Of a stretch of DNA of 64,000 nt, positions 1-11,752 are shown piece by piece. Within the stretch, counting starts at the first letter, position 1; every line of letters starts with the position of its first letter. Source of the stretch: Trichodelitschia bisporula (lineage: Eukaryota); assembly GCA_010356995.1 (NCBI GenBank), contig ML996695.1, forward strand, positions 195,061 through 259,060, in the 5' to 3' direction. Below the pieces are notes generated by a model. That model was given only the letters and a program-made list of their open reading frames with translations, had not been told where the DNA came from and searched no databases. Position numbers and translations under genes: made by a program.

Positions 1-715
1 CAGAGAGGGGAGAGGGAGTAGATGGGCTCCACGCTGGCGGTTACGAAAGAAGGATTGCGCTGCGAATCCCGTACACCGTAAGTGTTGATCTCACTGATTC
101 ACCGATGAGCGGGATCCTACGGTCAAAGGATCGTAGAGCACCAGTCATCGGGAGTTGGATAAAAGGTAATGGAAGCATAGGCTTGACACGTACAAAGACT
201 ACGGTATGAAGTGAAGAGGTGATGAAAGACGAAGAAGAGAAGAAAATTGAGCTGAAGAATATATACAATATCTTGTCCTCCGATGCTCCTTCCTGCCATC
301 GTGAGCACAATACATCATGTTCCTTTATTTCCCTTCCCACGACAGTACTCCTGCCTTGTCTACATCACACGAAAGCGAATCGAGGCCAAACCATCGAATG
401 GGCAAAACCCCCAGTCCCCAAATGCAGAGTGAAGTTTACACATGATGCCTATAGACGGAAGCCGGCGTCTGATGTCGAACCGCTGTATGAAGTCGAGCAT
501 TCAGCCGATGCCAAGTGATATCCCATTATCACGATGTACAATCAGCCCCTCATCCCCATATATACCCTTGAGTTGAGTGACGACTTGACACGGTAAGGCT
601 AGGAGTTAAGAATGCTTCTTGCTTTCTCTATCATACACTTACACCCCATTACCACTATACATATCACCCTCACCATCTCCATCTCCACCACTCTCATCAC
701 CCCCTCTCCCATACC

Positions 716-1807
716 CTACAACCCCGGCATCCCCACAACCCCCCTCCACTCAGCCCACCCCCGCGGCGCAAAATACACCCCCCAAACCACCAACCCCGCA
801 ATGAACCCCCCCGCCCACTTCTCCCTCCAGTCATGAAAAAACGCCGCCGTCATGAGCAACATCCACCAACAAACACCCACAACTCCAATGGCAATCCTAG
901 TACCCAGACCCGTGGGCCCCTCCCCCCCATCCCCCCCGCCATCCCTACTCTCAACCTCAAGACTCCGTCCCACACGCCCGACATGCCCACTCGCCTTCCT
1001 CACGCGGCGCTCCTCCCTCAACCCCGCCGCCCGCAGTACGGTAGGCAAAATTTCAAGCCCGAGCATCGCGCTCCCGAGCACGAGCAGGAACACATGGCCG
1101 GAGACATCGTGCCCGCCCAGCCACGCCCCCCCCGCGCGTCTACACTGCGCATGCGAGCGCGCCGCCAGCGCCGCATGTGTATCCCCGCCCGGCGGCACGC
1201 AGCCTCCCCCTGTAAGGACAAAAATGCGATCAATCAGCGCGGGGCCTAGGAACCACTGCGTCGTGGCCGCCCACGCAGTCGTACACAGCGCCCATCGCAC
1301 GAAAAGCTGCGCGAGGCGGCGCAGGCGGCGGTCGCGGTTGTCTCTTTCGTCGGCGCGGGCGGAGAGGGCTTTGGCCCCGGTGTCGGGGTTGTTGAGGCGG
1401 GCTTTGGCGTGCTCGAGGGCGTTCGCCTTCCTCCAGAATGCGCGGTGGGATAGGGCGAAGAGGAGCAGCGCGGCGCTGACCCATCCCCATCCCCTCTTTA
1501 CGAATACCACGTTCCATGCATTTGTCTTGCGCGCCCAGTACGCTGGGGCTAGTTTCTCGGGATGGAAGGCTTGGTGTTGCTGCGAGTAGGGGCTGGCGCG
1601 GATGTGCGGCGCTAGGGATGCGAAGAGGCTGCCCAGGGCGAGAGTGAGGGGGTAGAGAGCGAGGAGCGCGGTTTCGAGGGGGGTGGGGAGGTGGGGGGTG
1701 AGGGCGTGCCACGGGTGAGAGGCGGTGGTGGTGGTTTGGGGTTGGGGTTGAGGGGGGGCGGAGTACTGGCTAAACGGAGGAGGAGACGGTTTGCGTTTTG
1801 TTGCCAT
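716..1807 (-). CDS. SCS3: FIT family (fat-storage-inducing transmembrane) protein / acyl-CoA diphosphatase Scs3
   Basis: Intronless 363-aa ORF with several TM segments, the 'YWARKTNAWNVVFVKRGWGW' segment, the FIT signature 'GGHDVSGHVFLL' and the C-terminal 'WWMLLMTAAFFH..EK' catalytic-His segment. Confidence 0.9.
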   Translation of the reverse strand: MATKRKPSPPPFSQYSAPPQPQPQTTTTASHPWHALTPHLPTPLETALLALYPLTLALGSLFASLAPHIRASPYSQQHQAFHPEKLAPAYWARKTNAWNVVFVKRGWGWVSAALLLFALSHRAFWRKANALEHAKARLNNPDTGAKALSARADERDNRDRRLRRLAQLFVRWALCTTAWAATTQWFLGPALIDRIFVLTGGGCVPPGGDTHAALAARSHAQCRRAGGAWLGGHDVSGHVFLLVLGSAMLGLEILPTVLRAAGLREERRVRKASGHVGRVGRSLEVESRDGGGDGGEGPTGLGTRIAIGVVGVCWWMLLMTAAFFHDWREKWAGGFIAGLVVWGVYFAPRGWAEWRGVVGMPGL

Positions 1808-2031
1808 TGTGATTGAAGACGAGGGAGAGAAGATGGTGAGGTAGAGGAGGAGGAAGAGGTAAGGTTGGCGATGAAGTTTGCTCAGGCGGCAAGCTTGCGC
1901 TTTTGCCTCCGCAAGAGGACAGATGGAATGACGTCCGCGCCAAGGCTGCCTCCGTTCCCAGTCCGTGCGTCACTGGAAGGCCGGCACGAATTTCAACTTC
2001 ACATCGACGGGAATCCACTCTCCAACATAAC

Positions 2032-2881
2032 ATGTCCGACCCGCCGCCCCCCCCGCCCCTCGCGCCCAGCGACCTGGGCACGAAAGACTAGTTCGTCCCT
2101 CCACCTACTCTCCAGCTTCAACTCACACTCTCTCAGCTGGGACGCCACCTACGCCCGCGAACTCGCCAACCATGCCGCATCGCCCGATGACGAGGGGACG
2201 GTATGGTTCGCCGACGCGGGCGCCGAGGAAAAGGTCATCGAACTGCTCGAAGGCATGGCGGACGAGGGCGTGTTGGTCAAGGACGACGGGCCCGGCCAAC
2301 CGGCGACCAGTTTCGTGGATTTGGGCACGGGGAATGGACATTTGCTGTTTGCGCTCAGGGATGAAGGGTGGAATGGCGTTATGCTGGGTGTGGATTATAG
2401 TCCTGCGTCTGTGGAGTTGGCGAGGAGGATTGAGGTGGCGCGGCGCGAGGGCGGGCCCGCTGAGGACGACGAGGAGGATGAGGATGAGGAGACCGATGAC
2501 GCTGGCCCAGTCTTCCCCTCCGGCCCGCCCGTCGTTTTCGCAGAGCACGACATCCTCTCCCCATCCCCACCCTCCTCCCTCCCCGCAGGCGGTGCAGACG
2601 TACTCCTCGACAAAGGCACCTTCGACGCGATCACCCTCAACAGCTCTGTAGACACAGGCCGCACCACCGGCGAGCGCTACGTCTCCAACATTGCGTCCCT
2701 CCTCCAACCCACCGGACGCCTCGTAATCACGTCCTGCAACTGGACGGAAGCAGAGCTACGGACCTGGTTCGAGCGTCCCGGGGCCGGATTCGCATTCGAG
2801 CGCCGCGTCGCGTATCCGACCTTTACATTTGGCGGGCAGAGTGGGCAGTCCGTCGTGACGGCCGTGTTTAGGCGCATGTAA
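2032..2881 (+). CDS. EFM4: Protein-lysine N-methyltransferase Efm4/See1 (eEF1A); exons 2032-2090, 2137-2881
   Basis: Splicing the GT(2091)..AG(2136) intron gives 'PSDLGTKDYWDATYAREL..H...DEGTVWF'. SAM motif 'VDLGTGNGHLL', 'GVDYS', 'LLDKGTFDAI', 'ITSCNWTEAEL' and 'YPTFTFGGQSGQSV' are Efm4 hallmarks. Confidence 0.92.
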
Positions 2882-2893
2882 TCCCATCCATAC

Positions 2894-3952
2894 CTACATC
2901 TCCCACTCCCCCTCCCCCACCCGCCGCAATCGCGCAACAACAAGCCACTTCTTCCCCTAACCCACGCCCTCCCCCCTCTCCCCCATCCCACCCCCTCCTC
3001 CCCCCCATCCACATCCACCTCCCACACCTCCTCAACCTCCAACCCCACCCGCCCTGTCTCCTCCGCAAAGAACCCAGCTACAGCCCCCCGCCCCGTATGT
3101 AACCCAGCAACAACATACACCCTCCCCCCCCGGCGCCAGAAAATACGCCATCGACTGCGCAAGCGCCCCCTGCGCCCCAGCCACCCACAGCATATCCGCA
3201 GCCAGTATCCTACAAAACGCCCCCACACGTCCTTGCGCCCATAGCGTGTGCGTCTCGCCCCAAGCGTGCCCCTCGACGTGTACGCGGTGCGCGAGAGGGG
3301 GCGGGTATATTAGTCTCCACGTTATGCGCGAGCGTGGACAGGATCGTCGGGGAGGGGAAGTCTGTCATCGTAACCTGCGCTTGGCTTAGTACGTAGTAGG
3401 CGGGGAAGGCGGGGGGCGGGGGGGTGGGGGGGGGGGTTAGGGGAGGGGGTATACAGAAGCCGCACCTGCCAACGCACTCACTATCCCCGCCAACCCCGTC
3501 CCGGCACCGAGTTCGAGCACGGCGTGCCCGGACACGTGCCACGAGGCGTCGGTTCCACCATGTCCCGGGTGCGAGGGGGCGGTGGGCCCCACTCCCCGGG
3601 CGCGTAGGGTTAGGTCTTCGCTTCCCTGTCCTGTCGGCCGGGGCCGCTGATGATTTCGGCCGTGAGTACGCTTGCGTTCCAGAGGTAGTGCGCGAAGCGC
3701 GCACGGTCGGATTCGCTGCGCACGTCTGCGAGGGAGAGCTGGATGGGGGGCCATGATGGGGAGGAGGGTGCGTAGGAGAGGATTGAGGAGACTTCGCCGT
3801 GCTGGTTCCTCAGGTCGTCGGTGAAGAGTCGGCTGAGGGCGTATTGGAAGATGTCTTCGGGCTCGTCGGGCGCCTGGAGAGGGGAGGTGGAAGAGGGGGG
3901 ATGAAGGGCGGGGAGTGGGGTTGGGGTGTAACCGGATTGACGAGGTTAGCAT
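2894..3952 (-). CDS. NNT1/EFM7-like class I methyltransferase (family 16); reading frame broken by several frameshifts (assembly error or pseudogene); intron ~3375-3454
   Basis: Motifs are recoverable in order across different frames: 'DEPEDIFQ..LFTDDLRNQHG', 'FAHYLWNAS', 'VLELGAGTGLAGI', 'VTMTDFPSPTIL', 'GHAWG', 'RILAADMLW', 'VVAGLHTGR', 'KKWLVVARLRR', then stop at 2894-2896. Confidence 0.8.
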
Positions 3953-4720
3953 TTAGCCGTCTCACTATCTGTGTGCTGCACCGGTATCTTGTACCAAACG
4001 AATGTAATTCTGGCGAGAAGTGAAGCTATCACGAAGCTATCGTGACCTGCGCCCTTGCCCGCCTACCCCGCACGTGCGCGCCTTGCCCCTCCCCTCCCCT
4101 CCCCTCCACGATAAGGTTCCCCAGCCCATCATCGATTCTTCCAGAACCCCACCCAAGGCACGCACCCGCCGCCCTGCTCACGGGTAGGCGCATCGAATTG
4201 GGCGCACGGCTGCACGACCGGTAACGCCCGAGGGCGGCGGGGTGTGGCACCAAGACTTCAGCCTTGTATCGAGGTACCCTAGCACCGTTATGCCACACTT
4301 GAATCTCTCAAGACGCATTTCTCACGATACTTTGATGAGAACTATCCCACGCAACGATGTTTCATGCGCGACGCACCCTAGCGCATCTCCCCTACGCGTT
4401 CCGCGCGCCAGCCAGATCGCACTACGTAATGCGCGGCCCCGGTACCCGCACCCAGGGCACGCCACATCCGGATCGGGAAACATGTTACCTAAACCCACGG
4501 TTTGGGGCCAATGACACTGGCAACGGTGCTGGGTGCTTAAAAGGACTGCCATCCTCAATTTAACTTACCAGCGCATTTGCACCATGCTGTCTCGCAGAGG
4601 CAGTTAGTTCTTTCGTTCCAAATGAATATATCTCGATTAAATCCCACACGCTGCGCCCTATCCAGAACATATCCCACACGCCCTGTCAAGAACATATCCC
4701 GCTTACAAACAACCCAAGCC

Positions 4721-6609
4721 TCATTTCGTCGCAACCACCTTCTCCACCCCATCCAAATACATAACCGCCACCTTGGGCCCCGGATACTTCGTCCGGCCGT
4801 GGATGAACCACCACACCGTCGTCAGCGCCAAAACACCCGCCAGAATCACGCTGTTGTAATTCATGCTCGACACGCTTGTCGGCATCGCGTACGCTGCGCC
4901 TATTAGCCCCGTCCCACAAAACCTTCTCCTGGGAACACTCACGGAAGCAAAACATAACGTTGAAAAACACAATCAACAGCACCGCAGCGGCCTGGATCGG
5001 GAAACCCCATTTCCCGAGACGGAAGGGTCCGAAGGGTACGTTCTTCCGCCCGGTGAACAGGTGCGGCGCGATGGCGCACGCGTACGACGTGCTGGTTAGG
5101 ATGATGAAGGAGCCGACCAGGTCCTGGAAGGCGGTTTTGCTGCCGAGTGGGATGGCGCCTAGGGCGGCGCAGAATACGGCTGTGGGGAGTTAGGCGCTGG
5201 GTCGAACGAGCATGGGAAACTTACTGCAGAGGATGAAGGAGGGGATTGGGCAGCTGAGCTTGTGGTTCACGCGGGAGAAGAATTTGGGGAAGGGGGTTGC
5301 GTTGTCGCGCGCTAGCGACCACCAGATGCGGCTCACCTGCGGGTGTTAGCAGGGCTATTTACGTGGAGCAGGGACGTACGGTCAGGAACGTGCCGACGAG
5401 GCAGATGAGCACGGAGAAGAAGATGATGAGCAGCAGGCCAAAGGTTGCGCCCTTGCTGTTCGTCGCCTGCGAGTACACGGCCGCCAGGGGGAATGCGCCG
5501 TTGCTGTTCAGGACGGCGTCGATGTCGTTGATGCCGTACAGAATGGCGATGGCGAAGAAGAACGACGCTGTGGCCTTCGTTAGTAGGTTCCGCGTCAAGG
5601 CTCAGGAGACTCACTCAGGCACCCTAGGATAATTTGCGCGGCGATGGCGATCGGCAGCTCGCGCTTCGGGTTGGGGAGTTCTTCGGCCATGTGCGTGATG
5701 GCGTCGGGCGTGCCGATGGTGAAGGCGCCGTTTAGCACTCCGGTCAGGAAGGCGACGCCGCTGCTCCAGCCCGTCTGGTTGTCCCAGTCGGTCCAGACGA
5801 AGGCGTTGCTCGCGTGCTTCTCAGGCATCGAAACCACGACGATGATGGTAATTATGCCGCCGACAATCACCAGGAAAAGCCCCGCATCCTGCAGCTTCGG
5901 GATCAGGCGGTTGTAGAAGATGCAGAACGAGGAGCAGACGACTGTGAGTAGCAGGTACGCGACATAAACGTGCCATGCCTGGATCTCAAGGTCCGGATGG
6001 AACACGGCGTACAACTGCACCGCGATGCTGGCCGCGATCTGCATAATCGATGCCAAGTCGAACATCCAGCCGAAGAAGTTGAGCGCGCCGGTGAAGAACC
6101 CGAGCGCACGACCGTACTTCGGCCCTGGCGTCACGGATGCCCAGTGGTACACGCCACCGGCCGATGGAATGGCGGAGGCGAGCTGACCGGGTAAGTCCAG
6201 AACACTAGTTTGACGCATCCACTAACCTCTGCGATGCAGGTCGCGACGATGCCGTAGTAAATACACGCAACGAGGAGTTCGTACAAAATGCCCGGTGGGC
6301 CGCCATTGACTGTACTCATCAGATACACAGTTCATCGGGGTCAAGACGCGTCGTGCACTCACAAATGGACACCGTGATCGAACCGCCGAGGGCCACCCAC
6401 GCGTTATCGATCGTCAAGGCCAGACCGCACAAGCTCCAGATGCCGTATTGTCGCGCCAGCTCATCCTTGTGCCCCGACGCGTTGACCTCCTCGCCCCCCA
6501 GGACTTCGACGACATTGGACATTTTCCGGTCGTAGTCTACCGAGTGAACGCTTCCAGCCACCGGCGACTCCGGAACCGGAACCGCCTTATCCTTCTCCAT
6601 GTCTGCCAT
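4721..6609 (-). CDS. Amino acid/choline/GABA-type permease (APC superfamily, ACT family); exons 6609-6363, 6309-6227, 6182-5615, 5567-5380, 5336-5225, 5179-4943, 4893-4721
   Basis: Six GT-AG introns join hydrophobic segments with 'NGGPPGILYE', 'ELASAIPSAGGVYHWAS', 'PDAITHMAEELPNP.RELP' and 'MNYNSVIL' motifs typical of Hnm1/Uga4-like permeases. Confidence 0.9.
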
Positions 6610-6920
6610 CTCGTCGATAGGATAGGCAGATACAAAAGTCGACCAGCAACTATGATGCTCAACGGGAGCAAGTCACGGGATCGCGACTAAGATACTGAGA
6701 GAAAGAGGAAAGGCGCTACTGGGGGGCTCTGCTCTGGGCCTCGCGTTGCTTAAATCCCCCGCGACGCCGAATCTACGGGCCCGAGAACAACGTGCGGGAT
6801 GAACACCGACCGGGGATTAAACGTCAGGCTGGTCGGGTTGGCGTCGACAAGTGTAAACATGTGTCTTAGGTCCGACTAAGCACAGAGGAGTAGATTCCAA
6901 CGTCAATGGCTGTCGAGCGA

Positions 6921-7133
6921 TGATAGAGGCTTGATTTGCCCGTCAGCGGAGATGGGGCGGATCCACCAGAGATAGTATCAGAGCTGATAGGAGAGAGCAA
7001 AGCGGGATAACATGTTTTACAGGTGCCTTTACGTTGGAGTGAGCAGAAGGGAATTAGGAATATTGTTATCTTCGACGCGTGGCTGTTACCACCATGCTTT
7101 TTCGAGGTAAAGCACAGCAAACCGCGGTTATCT
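6921..7133. promoter_or_regulatory. Cluster of GATA (HGATAR-like) sites upstream of the permease; possible AreA/NIT2 nitrogen-regulation element
   Basis: TGATAG 6921, AGATAG 6970, TGATAG 6985, GGATAA 7005, TTATCT 7066 and TTATCT 7128, all about 300-520 bp upstream of the permease ATG. Confidence 0.4.
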
Positions 7134-8557
7134 GGCGCCGGGCGCTAGGGCCCGTGGCGTTCGATCTGACTTGGGGGAATTTGGGGAGTCTTGGGGAAAG
7201 CCATGATGGTGATTGGTGATGGGGACGGTTAGGTTGTTTTACGTTGTGGAGCAAACGAGGTTCTTGTGTGCTGTGAACTCGTGCTCGTGCTCGTGTTCCT
7301 TCAAGGTGGGGACCCCATGTGGTGCGATGGCAGCATTAGCTGCGGAGCGGCTTCCTGAGGCGTGGTGTAAGGTCGATGGCATCATCGTTTGGTGAAGTTT
7401 TTCCTTCTAGAGTGGACAAAGCGATGCGGACGATAATTGACTGCTCGAATGAATAACAAAGTCAGCATTACGGCAGCATTTGTTCGAGAGATAACATGGT
7501 GTTGAAACACACGATAGATCGACCGACGGTGAGAGGACAAGAGGTGTTGAAGGGCCGTCTCTTCCTCCGAAGCAAAACTCTGCCCCCACTTCACATCACG
7601 TGTCATTCCCCGCATATTTGAACGTTGAGACGCCAAAGATCCGTCTTCGGAGAGCTACTACTGTACCACTAGAACACTAGAATACCGTCTCACGGGGTTA
7701 TTACGCAACTTCAGCTGGAAAGTGTGAGGCTAAGACTGCAAAAACCCCCAAACTTCGACTTCTAGCTTTGACCTTTCCTAAACCTCCAGTTTCTGTTATA
7801 CCAGCCCGTTGGTCAAGATAAGCAATTTTGTGCGCAGGGATGCTTGCATTAGACGGGCCTGACGAGCGGCCCAGATGTTTGGCGTGGCCCTTGGTGATCG
7901 ACAAATGAGAGACGTCACTTTGCGGGTGAGCTGGGAACAACCGCCAGCCTCGTCACCATCCTCTCAAGAGGACGTTGCAATTCCCGCTTTCGGTTGCAGG
8001 CGTATCTGTGCGGGATGAAGTCCCGATTCGCCACAGCTATCGCCAAAGTAGCCATGCGGCAATGTGCCCGTCTCCAGGTCCGCAAGTCCCTAGGCCAGGG
8101 CCTTGGATGCTCCTCGGTCGGGAGGGTATCAAAACCTTCATGCATATACATCTCGCCCTACAGTCTACGCTTAAAGCTGATTGATTGACACAGAGAAAAC
8201 CAGGTCCCTATGCTTGGCCTCGCCCGCCATGTGGGTGCAGCGCGTTACCTCATGGCCTTTGGCCGGGCTCACTTCATTCGACGGCGCCAGAACCTGCAGA
8301 GTCTGGGCAGAGCATAACGTGCTTCGATTGCCTCCACAATCATAGTAGACGCATCGGTAGCTGTCCATAAGTAAAGCGGGGTCCAGGGTTCCGTCGTGCT
8401 GGCGCGGTCCACTTGGTCGGCTTGACTGCTTCCGCATATAATTATCGGTCTATCAAGACTCAAGAGTGCTTGACCCACCTCGGCCACATCCCGGCATCCA
8501 TTTCTCGTGCTCTCTTTGTTGCCACGAACTTCGCTCGCGTGCCCAGACGTCCTCATC

Positions 8558-10216
8558 ATGGAGGGCCGCCAGGGAAGTATCAGTTCAGCAAGCGGACTGC
8601 TCCCGGAGAACATGCGGGATCGTCACCGCAAGCTGTCACGTTCGTCGCTGGAACCGCCAAACGAACACACGAGTCTTTTACCGAAGCCGGATGATACCGA
8701 GACAGGAGAGGTCATCGAGATTGACAATGAAGAGTCCGGTACAAGCGAAACGCGCCTGGTCCTGCGCGAATTCGGCGTCCTCATTCGCGGCTCAATGCCC
8801 GTGATTCTGGCGTATGCGCTGCAAAACTCGCTTCAGACGGTGTCGGTGTTGATCGTCGGTCGTCTGTCGCCCGAAGCGCTGGCCACGGCTGCCTTTGCGT
8901 ACATGTTCGCCATGGCCACGGGGTGGCTCATTGCGCTAGGTGGAACAACTGCAATCGACACTTTGGCATCCGCAACCTTCACCGGCAGCAAGAACCCGCA
9001 CGATCTCGGAATCATTCTCCAGCGGGCCTTCATTCTGCTTCTGCTCTTCTACATCCCAGTCGCCGCTCTATGGGCCGCCTCAGAGCCCATTTTCAAGGCT
9101 CTCGGCCAGGAAGCGTACATTGCTCGTGATGCGGCGCGTTTCCTTACAGTTTTGATCCCCGGCGGAGTCGGATACATCTATTTCGAGTGCATGAAGAAGT
9201 ATCTCCAAGCGCAAGGTCAGTCGTGTTTCGTTTCAACGTCCGCAGTCTAACAGTCTACAGAAATCATGCGCCCCGGCACCTACGTCCTTTTCATTACCTC
9301 ACCGCTCAACGCACTCCTCAACTACCTCTTTGTCTACACCTTCGACATGGGCCTCCTCGGCGCCCCCTTCGCCACGTCCATCAGCTACTGGCTCTCCTTC
9401 CTGCTCCTCGTCGCGTACGCGCGCTTTGTCGACGGCTCGCAGTGCTGGGGTGGGTGGACACGGCGTTCCTTGCGCAACGCGGGCACCTTCGCCCGCCTCG
9501 CTATCCTGGGCGTCATCCACGTCGGCACCGAGTGGTGGGCCTTCGAGATCGTGGCCATTGTGGCGGGCCAGCTAGGCACCATCGATCTCGCCGCCCAGAG
9601 CGTCATCATGACGACCGACCAGGTCATGAACACGATCCCGTTCGGCGTCGGCGTCGCGACCAGCGCGCGCGTCGGGAACTTGCTCGGTGCGCGCAAGGCT
9701 AAGGGTGCAGCTCGCGCGGCAAACACTGCGGCCTGGCTGAGCATGATCTTCGGCGTGATCGTGCTGGCGGTTCTGATGGGCGTCAAGGACTTTTATGCCC
9801 GCATTTTCAATGACGACGAGCGTGTTGTCAAGTTAACGGCGGAAGTTATGCCCTACGTCGCACTGTTTCAGATTGCCGATGGGCTCAACGGATCGTGCGG
9901 CGGGTCGTTGCGTGGGATGGGGAGGCAGCATGTTGGCGCGGCGGTGAACCTTATCAGTTACTACTGCGGTGCGCTGCCGCTGGGTATCTATCTTGCTTTC
10001 CATGGCTGGGGGTTGGCGGGCTTATGGGTTGGACAGTGTATTGCGCTTTACCTGGTGGGCGCGTTTGAGTGGGTTATCGTTGCGTTTAGCGATTGGGACC
10101 ATCAGGTCCGGAAGGCATTTGATAGGATGGATTTTGAGGAGAGGGTGGATATCATCGTCGAAAACGAGGACAGCGATGAGACGGTCGATGCGGACGGCCA
10201 TGCGAACGGGAGGTGA
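8558..10216 (+). CDS. MATE family efflux transporter (Erc1-like); exons 8558-9215, 9261-10216
   Basis: 'LQNSLQTVSVLIVGRL', 'LGGTTAIDTLAS', 'KKYLQAQ', 'EWWAFEIVA', 'RVGNLLGA' and 'FQIADG...LRGMGRQ.VGA' are MATE motifs; GT(9216)..AG(9260) intron restores the frame. Confidence 0.93.
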
Positions 10217-11752
10217 GTTACGAGTTTAGAGGCGCCCTTCGCTTAGAATTGGTGATACACACGGCGCCTTTTTTACGTAGAGAAAACGACGTTATTCCTT
10301 TGTTCTGTCTTTCGCATCGTCGCGTCTTTGACTCCAAATTACCAACAAAAAACAACTGGATTGGTCTCGTTCATACGCCAGAGATGAACGCATGTCGTTA
10401 CCATGTCGTGCGCCCGCCAAGCATGACGGTCGTCGCAACCTCATTCAGGAGCGATTCGTACTACCACTGACCGCACCAGCTCATCCCGCCACTACAAACT
10501 CCAAGATGATGTTGAACGCAGCGGGCCCGCACTCCGCGCCGAGAGGGGCAGATTTTTCGCCCCGCGCTCAACCCCACCTTGGCCACCACCGGGGATGGGC
10601 CTAAAACGAGCAATGCTGATGCCATTCGACCTCAAACTTCCCGCACGGCATCGAATTCGGCAGCAGCAGCATGAAAAGCGCTGCAGCCATGACCCGCTCG
10701 ACGACTGACGACTCCGTTCGTTATCAGCTCTGGGTCCTGATCAGTGGCGGGAAGAGCGGTTGCTATCAAGCGGACGGGTTGGCCGCGTCTCCGCGGTGGA
10801 TTTGCGATGGAATCAGCTAAGCGCGCATGGCCACTGCGAACGGGAATATCGCCATCTAGTCGGACGCCACCACGCGCATAATGGTCGCACGTAACAAGGC
10901 TAGGTGTGCTAGGCGCCGCTTGGTTCCGAGCGAGCCCAAGCGTTGGCCGTGGATATGCAGGCTGATAAGGCATTGGGAAGGCGATGATGGCGCTCTGCGA
11001 TTGAGGTTGTCTCTTGTTATGCACGTTTAGGTAAGTGGACGTGCAGCAACGTGCGCGCCATGCAGCTCACTGACCTATTACCCCGCAGCCGAATGGCCCG
11101 AGTCCGGATCTAGTCTCACATGTTCGGCTGCTTTGGGAAATTTGGAAGGTTAGACCGCAATCGGATGGTTACTGCTATTATGCTGTTGACGTAACGGCAT
11201 GCGTCCCACAGAACTATCGCTCCGACCCAGTCAGCTCGCGGCATGGCTCGGGCGGACGACGGGATGGGATGAGCTTGATCTGACGGTTCGGCCGGGCGAA
11301 GCTTCGCACTAAGAAGTTTATATCCTACTTACCCAACCCGGCCCCGATACGGGGGTTAAAGAGCTATCTCGATGTGCTATGGCGCTCTTTTCGCGCCCCA
11401 TCGCCCTAGGGTGAATCATCGTCATAGGTAAGCACTCTGTAGTAACGTGAATTACCTGATGGCCGATTGACAACCGCGCGAACAGCCCGTCAAATCACCG
11501 GGAGATGCCGAGTCCGTCTCCAGTTCCCAGTTCAACCATCCCGTCCTCAATGCTGTGGAGCTGCATCGTTACCTAACAGCAATCGGCATGGCCTGTATCG
11601 TACCGGCTCGGCTCCTCGCCATGTCCTGCAGCAACGGCTAAATACCGCTCTCTCCCATTGACGGGTTTCCTCAGCTCCCACTCAATCGCATCTCAGCCGC
11701 GTTTCCCCCCTCTTTCCTCCCTTCCCCAGCTTCCCCGCCACCAGACACAACC

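Noticed and set aside
1865..2031. N-terminal extension of EFM4 in the ORF track (TTG start reading through the intron region)
   Set aside because: The real start is the ATG at 2032 in another frame, joined by the 2091-2136 intron, which gives the conserved PSxLGTKxYW motif.
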